Positions 38,801 to 51,341 of a stretch of 64,000 nt of DNA are shown here, piece by piece. How positions within the stretch are numbered: position 1 is the first letter of the stretch; the number at the start of each line of letters is the position of its first letter. Origin of the DNA: Guillardia theta CCMP2712 (Eukaryota > Protista > Cryptophyta); the NCBI RefSeq assembly GCF_000315625.1, contig NW_005434609.1:62001-126000 (forward strand). Reading direction: 5' to 3'. A model generated the notes under the pieces. That model was not told the origin of the DNA. It saw only the letters and a list, made by a program, of their open reading frames with translations, and searched no databases. Position numbers and translations under genes: made by a program.

Positions 38801-40869
38801 CCAACTCCTGCATCACAGCCACACGTGCTGAGGACTGTCTGTTGAGAGACCTGACAACATCCCATCAAGACCGTTGCTCTTCTACCTTCTTTCTCCTTCT
38901 TCACCTCTTTGATATCAGCGTCGTTGAACTCGAACCAGCCATCCTTAACGCGGATATAGGCGAAGTAGTGGCCACCCTGAGCGCCTCCTGTTGTCAATGC
39001 TGAGGAGCATGAAACAGAGCCTCTCGTGTTCGTGTACCAACATGCACCAATACAGCGTGTAGGTAATATCCCGAGAACTGACTGGTTGGCAGACCCTCCT
39101 CTGACCTGGTGACTGAGGTAAGATAATGAGGTATTACTGTTCGCCATGATGATGATGATGAGGAGGAGGAGGAGGAGGAAGAGGAAGAAGAGGAAGAGGG
39201 AGAGGAGGAGATTGTAGCTGTTGTCTTCTTCTAACAACACAGACCATGACAGAATTTCAACAAGGATATCTGACAACGGACCTGCCGGCCTTCATGACTG
39301 AATTGACATCTTCAGATGTAATTCTTGACGGAAACTCCAGCTTGTCGCAAAGCTACATTAAAGTGAGATGGAAGAATTTGAAATCGATGAAAAAGTTCTT
39401 GATGAAATGAAATCTTCGAGTCTGAAATGAAATGCTCTATACCTTGATTCGAGTGTCCGTCTCCCAATCCCAAACAAACCTCTGAAGGTGCAGAAGAAGA
39501 ACTAAAGGCATTACAAGTCAAATTCCTTGTCTGACGCAAGACGTTCTACCTTGTGGCAGTTGAGAGAAAAAACTTCCTTTCACTGTGAAGAATTCTTAAG
39601 ATGCAACAAGCAAGAGAAAACCGTCAGTGTTCACGGTAATACCTGCATCACGAAGAACTCCGTCTTCGCATTTCAATCTGCACTCACACCAAGTATCATG
39701 ACAAGACATCATGACATCAAGTGTAGACCTGTTATCTCCTGTGAGATGCACCACCTCGTGATACTGCTTCAAAGCATCTGCAAGCAAGCATCACAACCAA
39801 AGACTTCTTACCAGAGTAAAACACCAAAGATGTTCGAGTTGCCGTTGAGATTGAGAGAGATGTCAACAAAGGACGAGCTTGTCTTCGATTCATACCTGCA
39901 GTGCCCCATGTCAACTTTCCTTCAATGCCGAAAGGAAGATTCATATACCCGATCTCCTCACACCTCACAAAGTTGACAACCTCCCCTTGAAACAAGTCGT
40001 GCAACTTGATCCAGGCACCTTCACGAGATGACAGGTTTGTATTCTGCCGCTCATCTTCCTCCATGGTGTTCAACAGGACCTGAAGGTCGTCACCTCCCAC
40101 AAACAGCAGGAGACGCTTCACAACGTACATGAAAGAACTCTTGTACATCCTGCTGTTCGAACGTATCTGCTGACGTCCAACCAAAGCTGAACTCCATCAC
40201 ATCACTTGCAAGGTTTCCTTGCGTTCCTCTCTCACCTGTTGGTGAGGCTCTTGGTAGACAGCGCAGCCATGTCGGACAGCTGCAAGCCTGCAAACAAGAG
40301 TTGCAGCTGATGGAGATAACACCTGTTTTCTTCCCCGTGGATGCTCTGATCGTAGCTGAAGCTGTAAACCCGCCTCCGGACCTCAGGCAGGAAGTAGAGC
40401 GCTTGCAGGAGGGAGTTGAGATAGCAGGTAGCACCCAAGTTGTGCAAGCCGGTGAAACCTGAAGCTCTCTCAGGGTGATGTAATGGCAAGGCGAGCAGGT
40501 AGACCTGTAGAGGACTTCTCGCTCTTGTCCAAGGAGATACTACAGGAGGATCAGGTGGAGTGAGGGCGAGGAGGAGGAGGACAGAAAGAAGGACGAGGGG
40601 GAGGGGAACCTGGTGCTTTGATTCACGATAGATGACTTCAACCCACCAAGTCTGGTAGAGGCTTTGACGGAGCCAGGAGGAGGTGGGGGTGGAGCTTTCA
40701 GGCTGCCCGATGGAGGTGGTGGGGGAGGAGGAAGTGCTTTACCGGGTGGGGGGGCGGGAGGGGGAGGGGCATGAGTAGGCGGTGGAGCAGAACAGGGAGC
40801 AGAGAGTGGAGGAGGGGGAGGAGGAGCTGGGGCAGAGGAAGCCATAGGAGGCGGAGGCGGAGGATTCAT
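35817..40869 (-). CDS. Ubiquitin C-terminal hydrolase (USP47/USP40-like) with Ubl domains and polyproline termini, multi-exon
   Basis: Cys box GLHNLGATCYLNSLLQ, FGW...EQQDVQEF, His box GGHYFAYI..WFEFND, TAYMLVY; Ubl-like WTVKQLKEQL. Confidence 0.88.
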
Positions 40870-41215
40870 GCTTTCTGCAAACAAATCCCCTGAGTGTCGC
40901 CTCAACATAGACTGGGGTCATGTTCCGGAATATTAGCAGTGACCCTCATATTGCAATCGAACTAAACACTTGTTTTGACGCGAACGGTGTGAAACAACTT
41001 CGCAATGTCTTATCTCCCCTCACTCGCATTCGGTCGTCAGCTGCTAGGTCATATTCTTTGTTTCTCCTGGGATCCCTACACCAACCCCACCAACACCTCT
41101 GACACCTCATCATTAGCAGCAGCAGCAGCAGCAGCAGCACCACCACCACCACCACCACCACCACCAGCATCCAAATCCCGATCCTCATCCCCACCATCCT
41201 CTGTCCTCGTCCTCT

Positions 41216-41257
<42 letters not shown>

Positions 41258-41754
41258 TCTGCCACTACCCTCACGGGAACCGTTCACAACTGCGATGGAG
41301 CATTTTCGCTGTTGTCTCTCCGATTTTCGGTCAGACATCTTCTGTGGTTACTTGATACCATGCTAGGAAGCAAGGGGTGGGTGTCCAAAGGAAACGTGTA
41401 GGGTACTTAGAGGTCAATAGAGGGGGTGCACGAGATAGGATGTACCGAGCAGGGGAATTAGGGGGTGGGGTAATAGATGTAAGAGAAGACGAAACGAGAA
41501 AAGGAGCAAATGGGACAGGGGAGAGAGGAGGGGAGAGGAGGGGAGAGAAGAGGGGAGAGAAGAGGGGAGGAGCAAGGATTATCTCTTAGATGAGAGAAAA
41601 GAAGGAAGAGAACAGGTCACAGAAGATAACAAGGGACGCGGCTGGCAAAGCTTACAGAACAGAAGAGATATCGAAAAAAGAGGACGCGATAGCCCGAAAA
41701 GAAAACGATGACCAAAGTTGTGAAGGAGCTGACATTTTGTAAGCCAGATCAACC

Positions 41755-43124
41755 ATGAGCGGTAAAATCGCCTACGTCATCCTGGGAGCTACAGGCAATC
41801 AAGGTAGCCATGTGGTGAAGTACCTATACTCTTGTAGCATCAAAGACATCTACGTGGTGACACGCGGTGAACCATGAAATCGCGCTTCTTGCCCCTTGCT
41901 GACCTCAGATTGTAGATGTGAACAATCCGAGGTCGAAGCAGTTCGAGCAGGTGATGTTCATGGGGAGGAGGGACGAGGATGTGTGCGGTGTGTTGGGTTT
42001 TGCTCACAAGTCGCAGGTGTTTCCAGGAGTGAAGGTGATCGCTGGTGACCTAGAGAACAAGTCTTCACTTGTCGAAGCGTTTAAGACTCCAATGAAGGAC
42101 AATGAGTCCTACAAAGTCGTCGTGTTCGCCATGTCGACGCCATCGCTCGCGTCCAATGGATACGCCATCAGTGCTGAAGTGGAGGAGCAGTCAGGAAGGA
42201 TCATTGTGGAGGCGGCGGAAGAAGCTAAAGTTACCCATATCGTCTACAGCTCAGTGGCTAATTGCGACAAGGAGAACCGGCCCAAGTATCACAGATCGAA
42301 GAAGAACATCGAAGACTGTCTCAAGGCGTCCAAGAACTCCTGGACCATCCTGCGGCCTGTAAGCTTCTACGAGACTTGGGCCAGGTTCAGCAAGGTCAAG
42401 TCAGGCTGCATGACGGGGCTCGTGAAGCCCGACGTGAAGCAGCAGTGGGTCTCACTGCACGACTTGGGGGCGTCAGCTGCCACGGTGCTGAGGAAGTACG
42501 AGCAGTACAAGGCTCGTACCATCGACCTCGTTGCGGACGAGCTAAGCGGGAACGAGATGGCAGAGAAACTTACACAGATCAGGAAGCAGGAGACGTTCAG
42601 GTACTCCATCGCCTGGTTCATGCGGCTGCTGCTGTGGGTCGCCGCACACGACATCTACGAGGAGCGAGTGACTTTCCCTGAGAAGGAAGGAGGGTACAAG
42701 GCGAACAAGCAGGACCTTCTGGAGCTGTCCAAGACGTTCTCGGAGGAGGAGTTCAAACGGAAAGGGCTCGTGAACTTCGAAAGGGTTGTCATGTTGAACG
42801 GATGGCACCAGGGTCCGCTAGCCTCCTCCTGGGGTATCGGAGACTACGCCATCTACGGTCTCGGCTTCCTCGGGGCCTGCTTTGCCACCATGGCTTACTT
42901 GCTGCCCGAGAGCGTCTGGACGGAGATCAAGAAGAGGTGGGCTTTCTACGGTAAGAGAGAGAGGAGAGAGAAGTCCTCTGGACGGTCAGTGACAAGTCGT
43001 ACAGGCCTGATGCTGCTGTTCGTCCTCAACCTGCTTATTCGAGTTGCCGGGCTGCTTCGGAAGAAGGACAAGTAAACGTTGACCCTGCCATGTTTCCAGG
43101 TTCTTATTATTCAAAAATACATGA
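41755..43124 (+). CDS. NmrA-like atypical SDR (NAD(P)-binding) with C-terminal TM helices
   Basis: VILGATGNQG, HIVYSSV, HRSKKNIE, WTILRPVSFYE; hydrophobic C-terminal segments. Confidence 0.87.
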
Positions 43125-43164
43125 GGACGAGTGCGCGAGTCTCGGGTACCAGACCCTCGTCAAG

Positions 43165-44642
43165 TTAGAACTTGGGCCCACGTCTGCGCGCTGTGTACTT
43201 GCTATCCTCGGGTACCGCCTGAGAAAGAATATGAGATGTCCCAGCAAGGCTTCCAACCCCTGCCTTACCTTGCCCTGGGCCCTCTGTCTCTGTTTCTTGT
43301 TCTTGACCCACTCCTTCTTGCTGATGTCTTCTCTCCCTCTCTTCCCCTTGTGCGCTCTGCATCAACAGCGTCAGTCGCAGCAGCTACCTTCCACTACATA
43401 TACCTATCACGCTTGTTCTCAAAACGTGCTTCGTTCTGCGCGTCTTCCGTTCCCAGAGCCTGTGCAAGTCAGCGTCGCGGCACAGCCATGGAAGGAAGAA
43501 CCTTGGGCGCCTTGTGGATCTGACCATCTCGCTGGCCAGCGTAGATGACGAGGAAATACTTCTTTGCTCGAGTGGAGTGTGGGTAGTCGACTAGCAGACC
43601 TCCTCCAAACCCTTCGATCGGTATGAGGAGGGGACGATAACGAAGGACGAATGAATAAGGGATGGGATTTGGGGAAGCGACAAGAGATCGAGGCATACAA
43701 AGTCGAGAAGAGGAGCAGGGAGGAGAGAGACTTACCACATCGCATGGCACAAGATGTCACCAACTCCATCTGCTGAGGGTTTTCGGGGTACCACTGCAGA
43801 ACTGCACGACCTCCTTGGACGAGCGAACGATAGAGGGAAGTAAAGAACGTCAGCAGCCTCCTGCCACCCCTTGTCAGGAAGCTCAGGGATGTCGATCGAG
43901 CATGCCTGTAAGGATTCGATGTGCTTGTCTCTGCGTTGCAGAGCCACTGAATGGCTGAGATGCTAACACACCCATCGAAGGTTCCTGGACGGAAGGGAAG
44001 ACCCTGGACCATCATGTCAGACCCAAGGACGAGTAAGGACGAGCGTCCGTCCTCAGACGAGTAAGGACGAGCGTCCGTCCTCGTCAGGAACTCACTTGGC
44101 CCATGTCGTTTAGGATCACGTCCCCCTCTACCTCCTGCTCCTTGGAAACTTCTGCAAGACCGTTGGCGTCAGCAACTTGGTAACTCTGCTCAGCTAGGCA
44201 AGACCGAGCATGTCTTTTGAGATATCACAGCCGACCCATACGTGGCCAGCTTCCTGAAGGTAGAAATGAGAATCAAACAACATAATGATACGGACTACCG
44301 TCAGGCATTCACCGCTGAGACCGCTACCACATCCTATGTCTAACACATAGCTGTTCCACTGTACGTCAAACCCAACGGCTCGCCCAGCACAGCACAAACC
44401 TGTTTTCATCAGGAAGTGCTAACAGCTCGATTGCGCGTTCGGTCAGAGAAGTCTGGATTTCACGCATACGAGAGCTTCCAAGAAAGGTAAGCTGAGGCAA
44501 GCAGATGGTATGAGCCTCACCTTGTTGCATATTTCTTTGCCTCATCTCTCGAGTAGAACTGATTTTGTTTTGTCACGAATGAACGAGGGATTAAAGACAA
44601 AAATACCAACTCTGGGGGAGCAACGTGCTCAGGACGACTCAT
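43165..44642 (-). CDS. BUD23: 18S rRNA (guanine-N7) methyltransferase BUD23/WBSCR22, multi-exon
   Basis: [91 protein letters not shown]. Confidence 0.95.
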
Positions 44643-44930
44643 GATGAAAGAAGATGTTCACTGCTCTTCCTCTTGCTGTCACAAAGTTTCTGTCTTGGAA
44701 TGAAAGTGGTCAGAAACGAAAAGCCAACGACGGGCATACTCGAATAGAAAAACAAGCACAACCGTAGCAAGCTTCTAATATGATATTCCATATCAACAAC
44801 TTTCATCGTTCTCAACTCTCTCTCCCTTCCTCCCTCTCACGCTCAAATCCCTTGCACCCGTCTATGCTCTGTTAGCACTTCGGGCAATGCATTTTGGCAC
44901 GTGCGATCTGGGGGTTGGCCCGTCGGCAAG

Positions 44931-44982
44931 GACTCCTGATAGTAGAGTCCTCGTACTGATTTTTAACTTAACTTTGAGTAAA
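44931..44982 (+). mobile_element. 3'-terminal fragment of the retrotransposon, opposite orientation
   Basis: GTCCTCGTACTGATTTTTAACTTAACTTTGAGTAAA exact, with a degenerate upstream match (GACTCCTGAT). Confidence 0.82.
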
Positions 44983-45971
44983 CTTTCTCTCCCTTTTATT
45001 ATTACTCAAAGTCCATGACCCCATTTAAAATTATTGTTTAAAACGTCGGGAGTCACAGAGCTGTAAAATACATATAAGCCAGCAAATCAACTTCACCGTC
45101 AACTTCCCTTGGCGGCAGCCCCAAGAGATCCAAGGGGAGCTTGCAGGACTGCCTTGCCATGGCGAACATGACTGTGGGGTCATCTACTTATAATATAACT
45201 TCACACAGGTCTCTACGGCTTTAATAAAATACCATTGTACCGGGCCATACAGGCTGCAGCCCGGCATTGAAGCTCCTTGCTCCCTGGCACTGGGCAAGGC
45301 TGTCGTCCTGGAGGCTCGGACGCAAACAGCCCAACTGTCACGGGCGCATGAGCGACGTGTCAGCAGGCCAGGGACCCAGATCGGTTTCCCCTTGGAATCT
45401 TCCGTGGCGATCGTTTTACGCGTCACCAGTCACGTTACCGCTAAGGGCTCGACCCCTCCCATTGCCAGCCTTTCAACCCACCCATGTATTTTACCAGTCA
45501 CGTTATTTGCGGGCACCACCCTACCCTACCCCTCTCCTTCAGTCTCATATATGACTCTTGATCTGTCCCTGATCTCGTGTCCCCTGCTTCCTTGCTCCCA
45601 GGGAATTCCATTGCTTCGGGGAACTTAACTGATATTCCTTTCTTTTTTAACGCAGTATCCTCTAGTTCTCTCGTCCTACAGTCTTGGCGGTTGGAGGGAT
45701 TTAGAGAATTATCATAACTTCGCAACGCTGGGATTTCTTGAGATGACTGCATCATTCATGTCTGATTGCCTACCTGCTTCCTCTCGCACTGCGCACTATG
45801 ACTCTCTGAACTCATAATAGATTGCTGGCCTGCTCTAAGGTCATCGTTTCTCACTTGATATCTGAATCTCTGGGTTCGATATCTGTCAACTCCTACGTAC
45901 ATGAGAATGGCCGAAAAATCGAACAGCTCTTGCCAACGCTGGAAACGCATCGGCACGAGGTCTCACACGTG

Positions 45972-46071
45972 NNNNNNNNNNNNNNNNNNNNNNNNNNNNN
46001 NNNNNNNNNNNNNNNNNNNNNNNNNNNNNNNNNNNNNNNNNNNNNNNNNNNNNNNNNNNNNNNNNNNNNNN
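45972..46071. other. Assembly gap (100 N)
   Basis: Run of N. Confidence 1.
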
Positions 46072-46139
46072 TCTCCGTCGTCCCTCGCTCCTCGTCTCCC
46101 CCCGCCCCCCCCTCTTCTTGCTCCTCCTCCCGCCCTCTC

Positions 46140-46469
46140 ATGGCCCTCTCGTCTTCCTCCCCCCCTCCTCCCCTCCTCGTCCTCGTCGCCTGCCTCGACC
46201 CCTCTGGTGTCCCTCTCCTCTCCCTTCCCTTCTACTTCTCCTACCCCCTCCCAACCCTTCCCGACCTCCTCTGCTCCGTGCACGCTGCCGTCGCCCAGCG
46301 CTGCCCGGCCCTCCGGACAGCCTCGCCTGGCTCCTTGACCTACATTGACGAGGACAACGACGAGATCCTCGTCACTTCCGACCACGAGCTCGCCGTTGCT
46401 ATACGCCACCTCGCCAGCCGGCCCCGCGTCTGCTTGCTCTACAGGCCTCCTGGTGAGGGCCAGCGATAG
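46140..46469 (+). CDS. PB1-domain protein or exon, copy 1
   Basis: OPCA motif LTYIDEDNDEILVTSDHEL; may splice onward at GTGAG ~46453. Confidence 0.6.
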   Translation: MALSSSSPPPPLLVLVACLDPSGVPLLSLPFYFSYPLPTLPDLLCSVHAAVAQRCPALRTASPGSLTYIDEDNDEILVTSDHELAVAIRHLASRPRVCLLYRPPGEGQR

Positions 46470-47633
46470 CCCGAGGATGCGCGGGAGGAGAAGCAAGACG
46501 AGCACAAGGCATACGTGCTAGGCTCAGGCAGCCCCGGCCGGTCGCCCGAGCTTGCCCCCATCAATTCAGGTAACAGGCCATGAAGTTGTCTCGGCTGCTT
46601 GCATCAGCAACACAGCGGCTCACACGAGCATGACGGGCATGCAAGGAGATACAGGTATCAAGACTGCCTCGGCTGCACAAGGACAGCACACCCGTCGATG
46701 TTGGAACAGACTAGGTAGGGTCCGTGTATCGTCATCTGTTTAAAAGAGAATCCTTGTCTCAGCCCATACGTCTTCCGTCACGACCGAGGCCTTGCGAGGC
46801 TTGAGACCCGGCAGATGTTCTGCTTGCCTGCACCGCCCACCATGCCCTCCTACCTGACAGCCCTTGTGCCTCTGCCCCGGCTGCACCCAACGAAGCTGTC
46901 ATTGGTGAGGTTCGCTGTCGGGAGGTCAATTCGTACAGGCCGGAGGCTCCCAATTCTGCATAGTAGGAGCGAGGCGGACGTGGAGGCTTGATACGACCAA
47001 CAAGTTGCGTCCAGTGCTTGACGATGGCAACAGAGCCTTGAGCTTGACGAAGGCATAAGGGCACGTTTTCCTCCTGGTCTCAATGGAGAATGCGTGGTGT
47101 TGGTTAGTCAAACCCGCTGGTGAGACCCATGGTGGTATGTGCTGAGACAAGGCGGTGAGTTTACAGTGATGTTTGCATAGGAAGGAAGAGCTATTAGGCA
47201 AGATCTGCTTCAATGTCTCTCTCCCTCTCCCTCCCTCCTTCCCTCCCTCTTCCTCGACTCTTGTGTGGCTGAGAGACGTTGAATGGAAGGCAGTGATGGA
47301 AGTCAATGATGACCCGGAAGTCTTGTGCCTATTTAGCTCTAAGCACTATCGACTACTACCAATTTAGTCAAAGTTAAGTTGAATCATAACAAGAACTAGC
47401 ACCTCAGACGATGCGAGGCTGCTGATGGCGTGACTATAGGACTATGAGTACCCCCATCATCCTCTAGAAGTGCCTTGTTCTTCCGTCGGATCCCTCCTCG
47501 TGCCCTCAGAGTTAACACACCCGTTCTGCATGCAGCTGCTCAGCTCCACGCGTATCTCCTTGCATGCCCGTCATGCTCGTGTTGCATGCCGGGCATGTTC
47601 CTCGTCTTGCTTCTCCTCCCGCGCATCCTCGGG

Positions 47634-47963
47634 CTATCGCTGGCCCTCACCAGGAGGCCTGTAGAGCAAGCAGACGCGGGGCCGGCCGGCGAGGTGGCGT
47701 ATAGCAACGGCGAGCTCGTGGTCGGAAGTGACGAGGATCTCGTCGTTGTCTTCGTCGATGTAGGTCAAGGAGCCAGGCGAGGCTGTCCGGAGGGCCGTGC
47801 AGCGCTGGGCGACGGCAGCGTGCACGGAGCAGAGGAGGTCGGGGAAGGTTGGGAGGGGGTAGGAGAAGTAGAAGGGAAGGGAGAGGAGAGGGACACCAGA
47901 GGGGTCGAGGCAGGCGACGAGGACGAGGAGGGGAGGAGGGGGGGAGGAAGACGAGAGGGCCAT
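47634..47963 (-). CDS. PB1-domain protein or exon, copy 2 (inverted)
   Basis: Near-identical to copy 1 with a few substitutions (L/F, P/T, S/G and synonymous changes). Confidence 0.6.
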   Translation of the reverse strand: MALSSSSPPPPLLVLVACLDPSGVPLLSLPFYFSYPLPTFPDLLCSVHAAVAQRCTALRTASPGSLTYIDEDNDEILVTSDHELAVAIRHLAGRPRVCLLYRPPGEGQR

Positions 47964-48680
47964 GAGAGGGCGGGAGGAGGAGCAAGGAAGGGGGGGAGGA
48001 GTCGTTAGTCATGTATGAGAGTGAAGGAGAGGGGTAGGGTAGGGTGGTGCCCGCAAATAACGTGATTGGTCTTAGCGGTAACGTGACCAGTGGAGAGCCT
48101 TTTAAAATACATATATCTGTGAAGAATCAAGGCTTGCCTGATAGCTCTTCCTCTCACCGCCTTGTCTCAGCACATACCACCATGGGTCTCACCAGCGGGT
48201 TTGACTAACCAACACCACGCATTCTCCATTGAGACCAGGAGGAAAACGTGCCCTCATGCCTTCGCCAAGCTCAAGGCTCTGTTGCCATCGTCAAGCACCG
48301 GACGCAACTTGTTGGTCGTATCAACCTTTCATGTCCGCCTCGGCCCGCTCTTGTGCATCGTGCGGTCTGCTGTCTTGGTTGCCATCGTCTTTGCCTGGAA
48401 CTTGTTTCATGCTGCATCTTCATTGCCAACATGTCACGGGAAGAAGACGATATGTGGCGATCGACTGGTGATGACTGCCGTTGCTTTGAAGGCTTCCTGG
48501 GAGAATCTTCCTTCTTTTCTTGTCGATCTACAGTAGTAGCTTTGTCAGAGGATGGAGATGCTCTGAGCCGCAAGTGACTTGCGACGCCCATTCGTCACCC
48601 TCAGGGTTTCTGAACGTGAGGAGATACTCAAGAACTTGGATGTCCATCTGAGGAAGAGACTTCAGAGGAGGAGGTTGTTT

Positions 48681-51170
48681 TCACAGGCCTAGTGCGGTGT
48701 CAAAGATCATGGCAAGGACAGTCCTCAAGAAGTTATGCTTCCTCTCGGGTTTTAGGAGGGACAACCTCACTCTCAACTCTTTGGTCTTGACAGCTGTCAA
48801 TAGGCTCCGATAGGCTTTATTCGGCCACTCAGTTATCTGCGGAGTCTTTGCGAGCGAGTGAAACATCGAGGGTTATAAATGTCTGTTCCAACAAGCTGCT
48901 CTGGTGCCCCAGATCTCCCAGCAGCCGGAACGTTTCCTCCCTCCCAGATCAACGTCTCAGCACCGGACCCCACCAGTTCTGACGCTTTCGCAGAGCTGAT
49001 TATGATCCGTCAAGTCCGTCAAGTCTATCCGATCTGCTCTGCTGCAGCAAAGCCTGGGGGGAAGGGAAGAAGGTTGACACATGTACCGCGGAGCAGGACG
49101 ACTTGATGCTGATATTCGTGTAGGGAGTTCGCTCGACCCTCGTTAAGAAAATCAGAAGGAAATCCAAGAGCTTGAGTATCGCCTCACAAGCTGAGCACAG
49201 ACTCGTTCCCTCTTCCTCTTCCTCTATCTTGCGCTCTCGCGTCCATGCCTGTGCCCTAGCCATACCTGACTTCAAAGTCCAACGTGATATTGACGAATGA
49301 CGTCATCCGAGCGCCACGAGGTCTTCAGTCCCGACATGTTGTTGATGTCTGTCTCGCCATGAAACGGAAGATTGAGAGCAAAGATGAGCCCGTCGCTCTC
49401 GTGATGACTGCAAGTAACACTTGCCTCGTGGCAGAACGATGTAGTTGGGGAGGAGGACCGTTTCAGAGCAGGGCAAGGCCGGCCGTCGCTTCCCCGCTCG
49501 AGGCACACTCGATCGGGCCCTTGGAAGGAGTTGTGCTCGATGACTAACCTGAGATGGTCAGGGCGACTGAGGACACGGAGAGGGGAGCTGGTGACATGGA
49601 TGAACTGATCAGCGGGATACCAGCACTACATCGGTATGAGAGACAAGATTGTCCGAGCAGGAGGAAGAAGAAACCTTCATTACAATCGGCTATCATCTTC
49701 ATTCTCACATGGACTCCCTGCTCGCCTGAGGCCAAAAACAACTCATGCAACATCCCAGTGGAAACAGCAGCTTCACCTGTAGAGGCCAGGTACTTGAAGT
49801 ACTTGGAGGAGATGAAGTCCTGCGGTTCAAACACTCTTTGAGCTCATCCCTGACCATCGATCGCTGCTGGCAGCACAGGCGTCAGGAGCCACTTGTCAGA
49901 GCAACAGGTCTCACCAAGAAAGGGTGTCGAAGACAATGAAGATGTCTTGCTTCCAGCTTCGGTTGCGCACAATCGGACGAGGTGGATCAGAGGTGGGAAA
50001 GAGACGAGAGGAGAAAATCAGGGTGCACGGAGAGCAGGGGAGAGAGACAGGGAAAGGAGAAAACCAAGTGACCATGGAGGAGGATTGCGACAACAAGAGC
50101 TGCTGCTGTCCCCTCCCTCCCCTCCTGCATCGCCCTCTCACTACAAAACCCTTGTTCTCCTTCAGCATCCATCATTGTCAAGGCTTTGAGGTCAAGCAGG
50201 AGGTTTTCCAGATTCTGATTGCAATAAATCAGCGAGGAAACGTGATCATAAACGTGAGCTCCACCTGATGCAGCCAGAGGGAGGGAAGAGCGAATCAGCC
50301 CGTCCTGTCCTCTAGGAATCATCTGGCTAACACAATTCCACAGATCTCTAGCGATGTCGCCGGTCTGATCTCTAGCGATGTCGCCGGACGTTAGAATCCA
50401 TCATCTTGCAAGCAGCAACTCCTTGTGCGTCGCATCTTCAGCATCGATCGATTGAATCCATGCTTCGCATTCCTCAGTCTTTCACACTTTGTGCTCACGA
50501 CGAGACAGGCAACTCTCCTTCTCACCTTGAGCTTCACCTCGAGGGTCTTCTCACCTCAGAGTCTCGCGTCACTGTGATTGCGACACGTGTAGGACCTGCC
50601 TGCCCTTGCGACACTTTGGAGAGTGCCTTCTTTCCTTCCCAGCAGCCCGGGCTTGTCGTTTTACTCCAAGGGCTTCTCGATAGCCACAGTGATCCGACAA
50701 CCGTCTTGTTGGGTTACTCGTTAGCACTTCCGGCACAGAAAAACCACCTGTTGGCCTCAGCAAGGCTTCGCATATCCTGCAGTTTCCTGAAATTGTCAAA
50801 TCTCTTCTGATATACGAACTTGGGCAGCAATTCGATTGCCCCGGCACCCGGAGGGAACGATCTCATCCCGCCACAGTATGCGAGGCGACTATCAGACCCA
50901 GCTGCACTTCTATCTCCACGTTGCACGTTCCCGTGTCACCGTGATAAGCAAGAAAGCATCACATACAAAGGCAGCGTCTTCCAGCCATTGATGCACTCAA
51001 CCACCTGTGGAAGTCGTTCCTGATATCTTTCAGTGTCTTGAAGGATCAGCCCGCATGTTTCTCTCTGCATAGCGCGGCTTCATGCTCTGCCAACGCATGA
51101 CGGTCACTGAGCTGCCGCTGGATCATTCCCAACAAGCCTTGAGAAGCGTCAGCTTTCTCGTCTCTGCCAT
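48681..51170 (-). CDS. Probable multi-exon hypothetical gene
   Basis: Series of short minus-strand coding-like segments with splice-like borders (e.g. FEPQDFISSKYFKYLAS, ELLPKFVYQKRFDNFRKL); no recognised domain and structure unresolved. Confidence 0.3.
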
Positions 51171-51341
51171 GGCGTGTGGAGGTGTGGCTCTCAATGAGTT
51201 TCAACCTCCAGACCTGCATCAGACAAGCGATGGAAGCCGGCGCGATCCTTTGATGCTTGTTGGGTGGCAGGGATCGGAGTTGTTCTGTTACAAGTCTGAA
51301 GGAGCTACTAACGGATTGTAACCACTTTATTGTGCAACGCG

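Larger units (their letters stand above)
45428..48342. repeat. Complex inverted segmental duplication
   Basis: Inverted pairs: ~46100-46500 with ~47600-47995; ~45428-45556 with ~48007-48088; ~46970-47159 with ~48153-48342. Confidence 0.85.

Noticed and set aside
40946-41338. 130-aa minus-strand ORF upstream of the USP gene
   Set aside because: Dominated by (CAG)/(CAC)/(CCTCGT) repeats; no recognisable domain.
44990-45430. Possible decayed coding or TE fragment next to a retro tail
   Set aside because: No recognisable motif in any frame; cannot be classified without a homology search.
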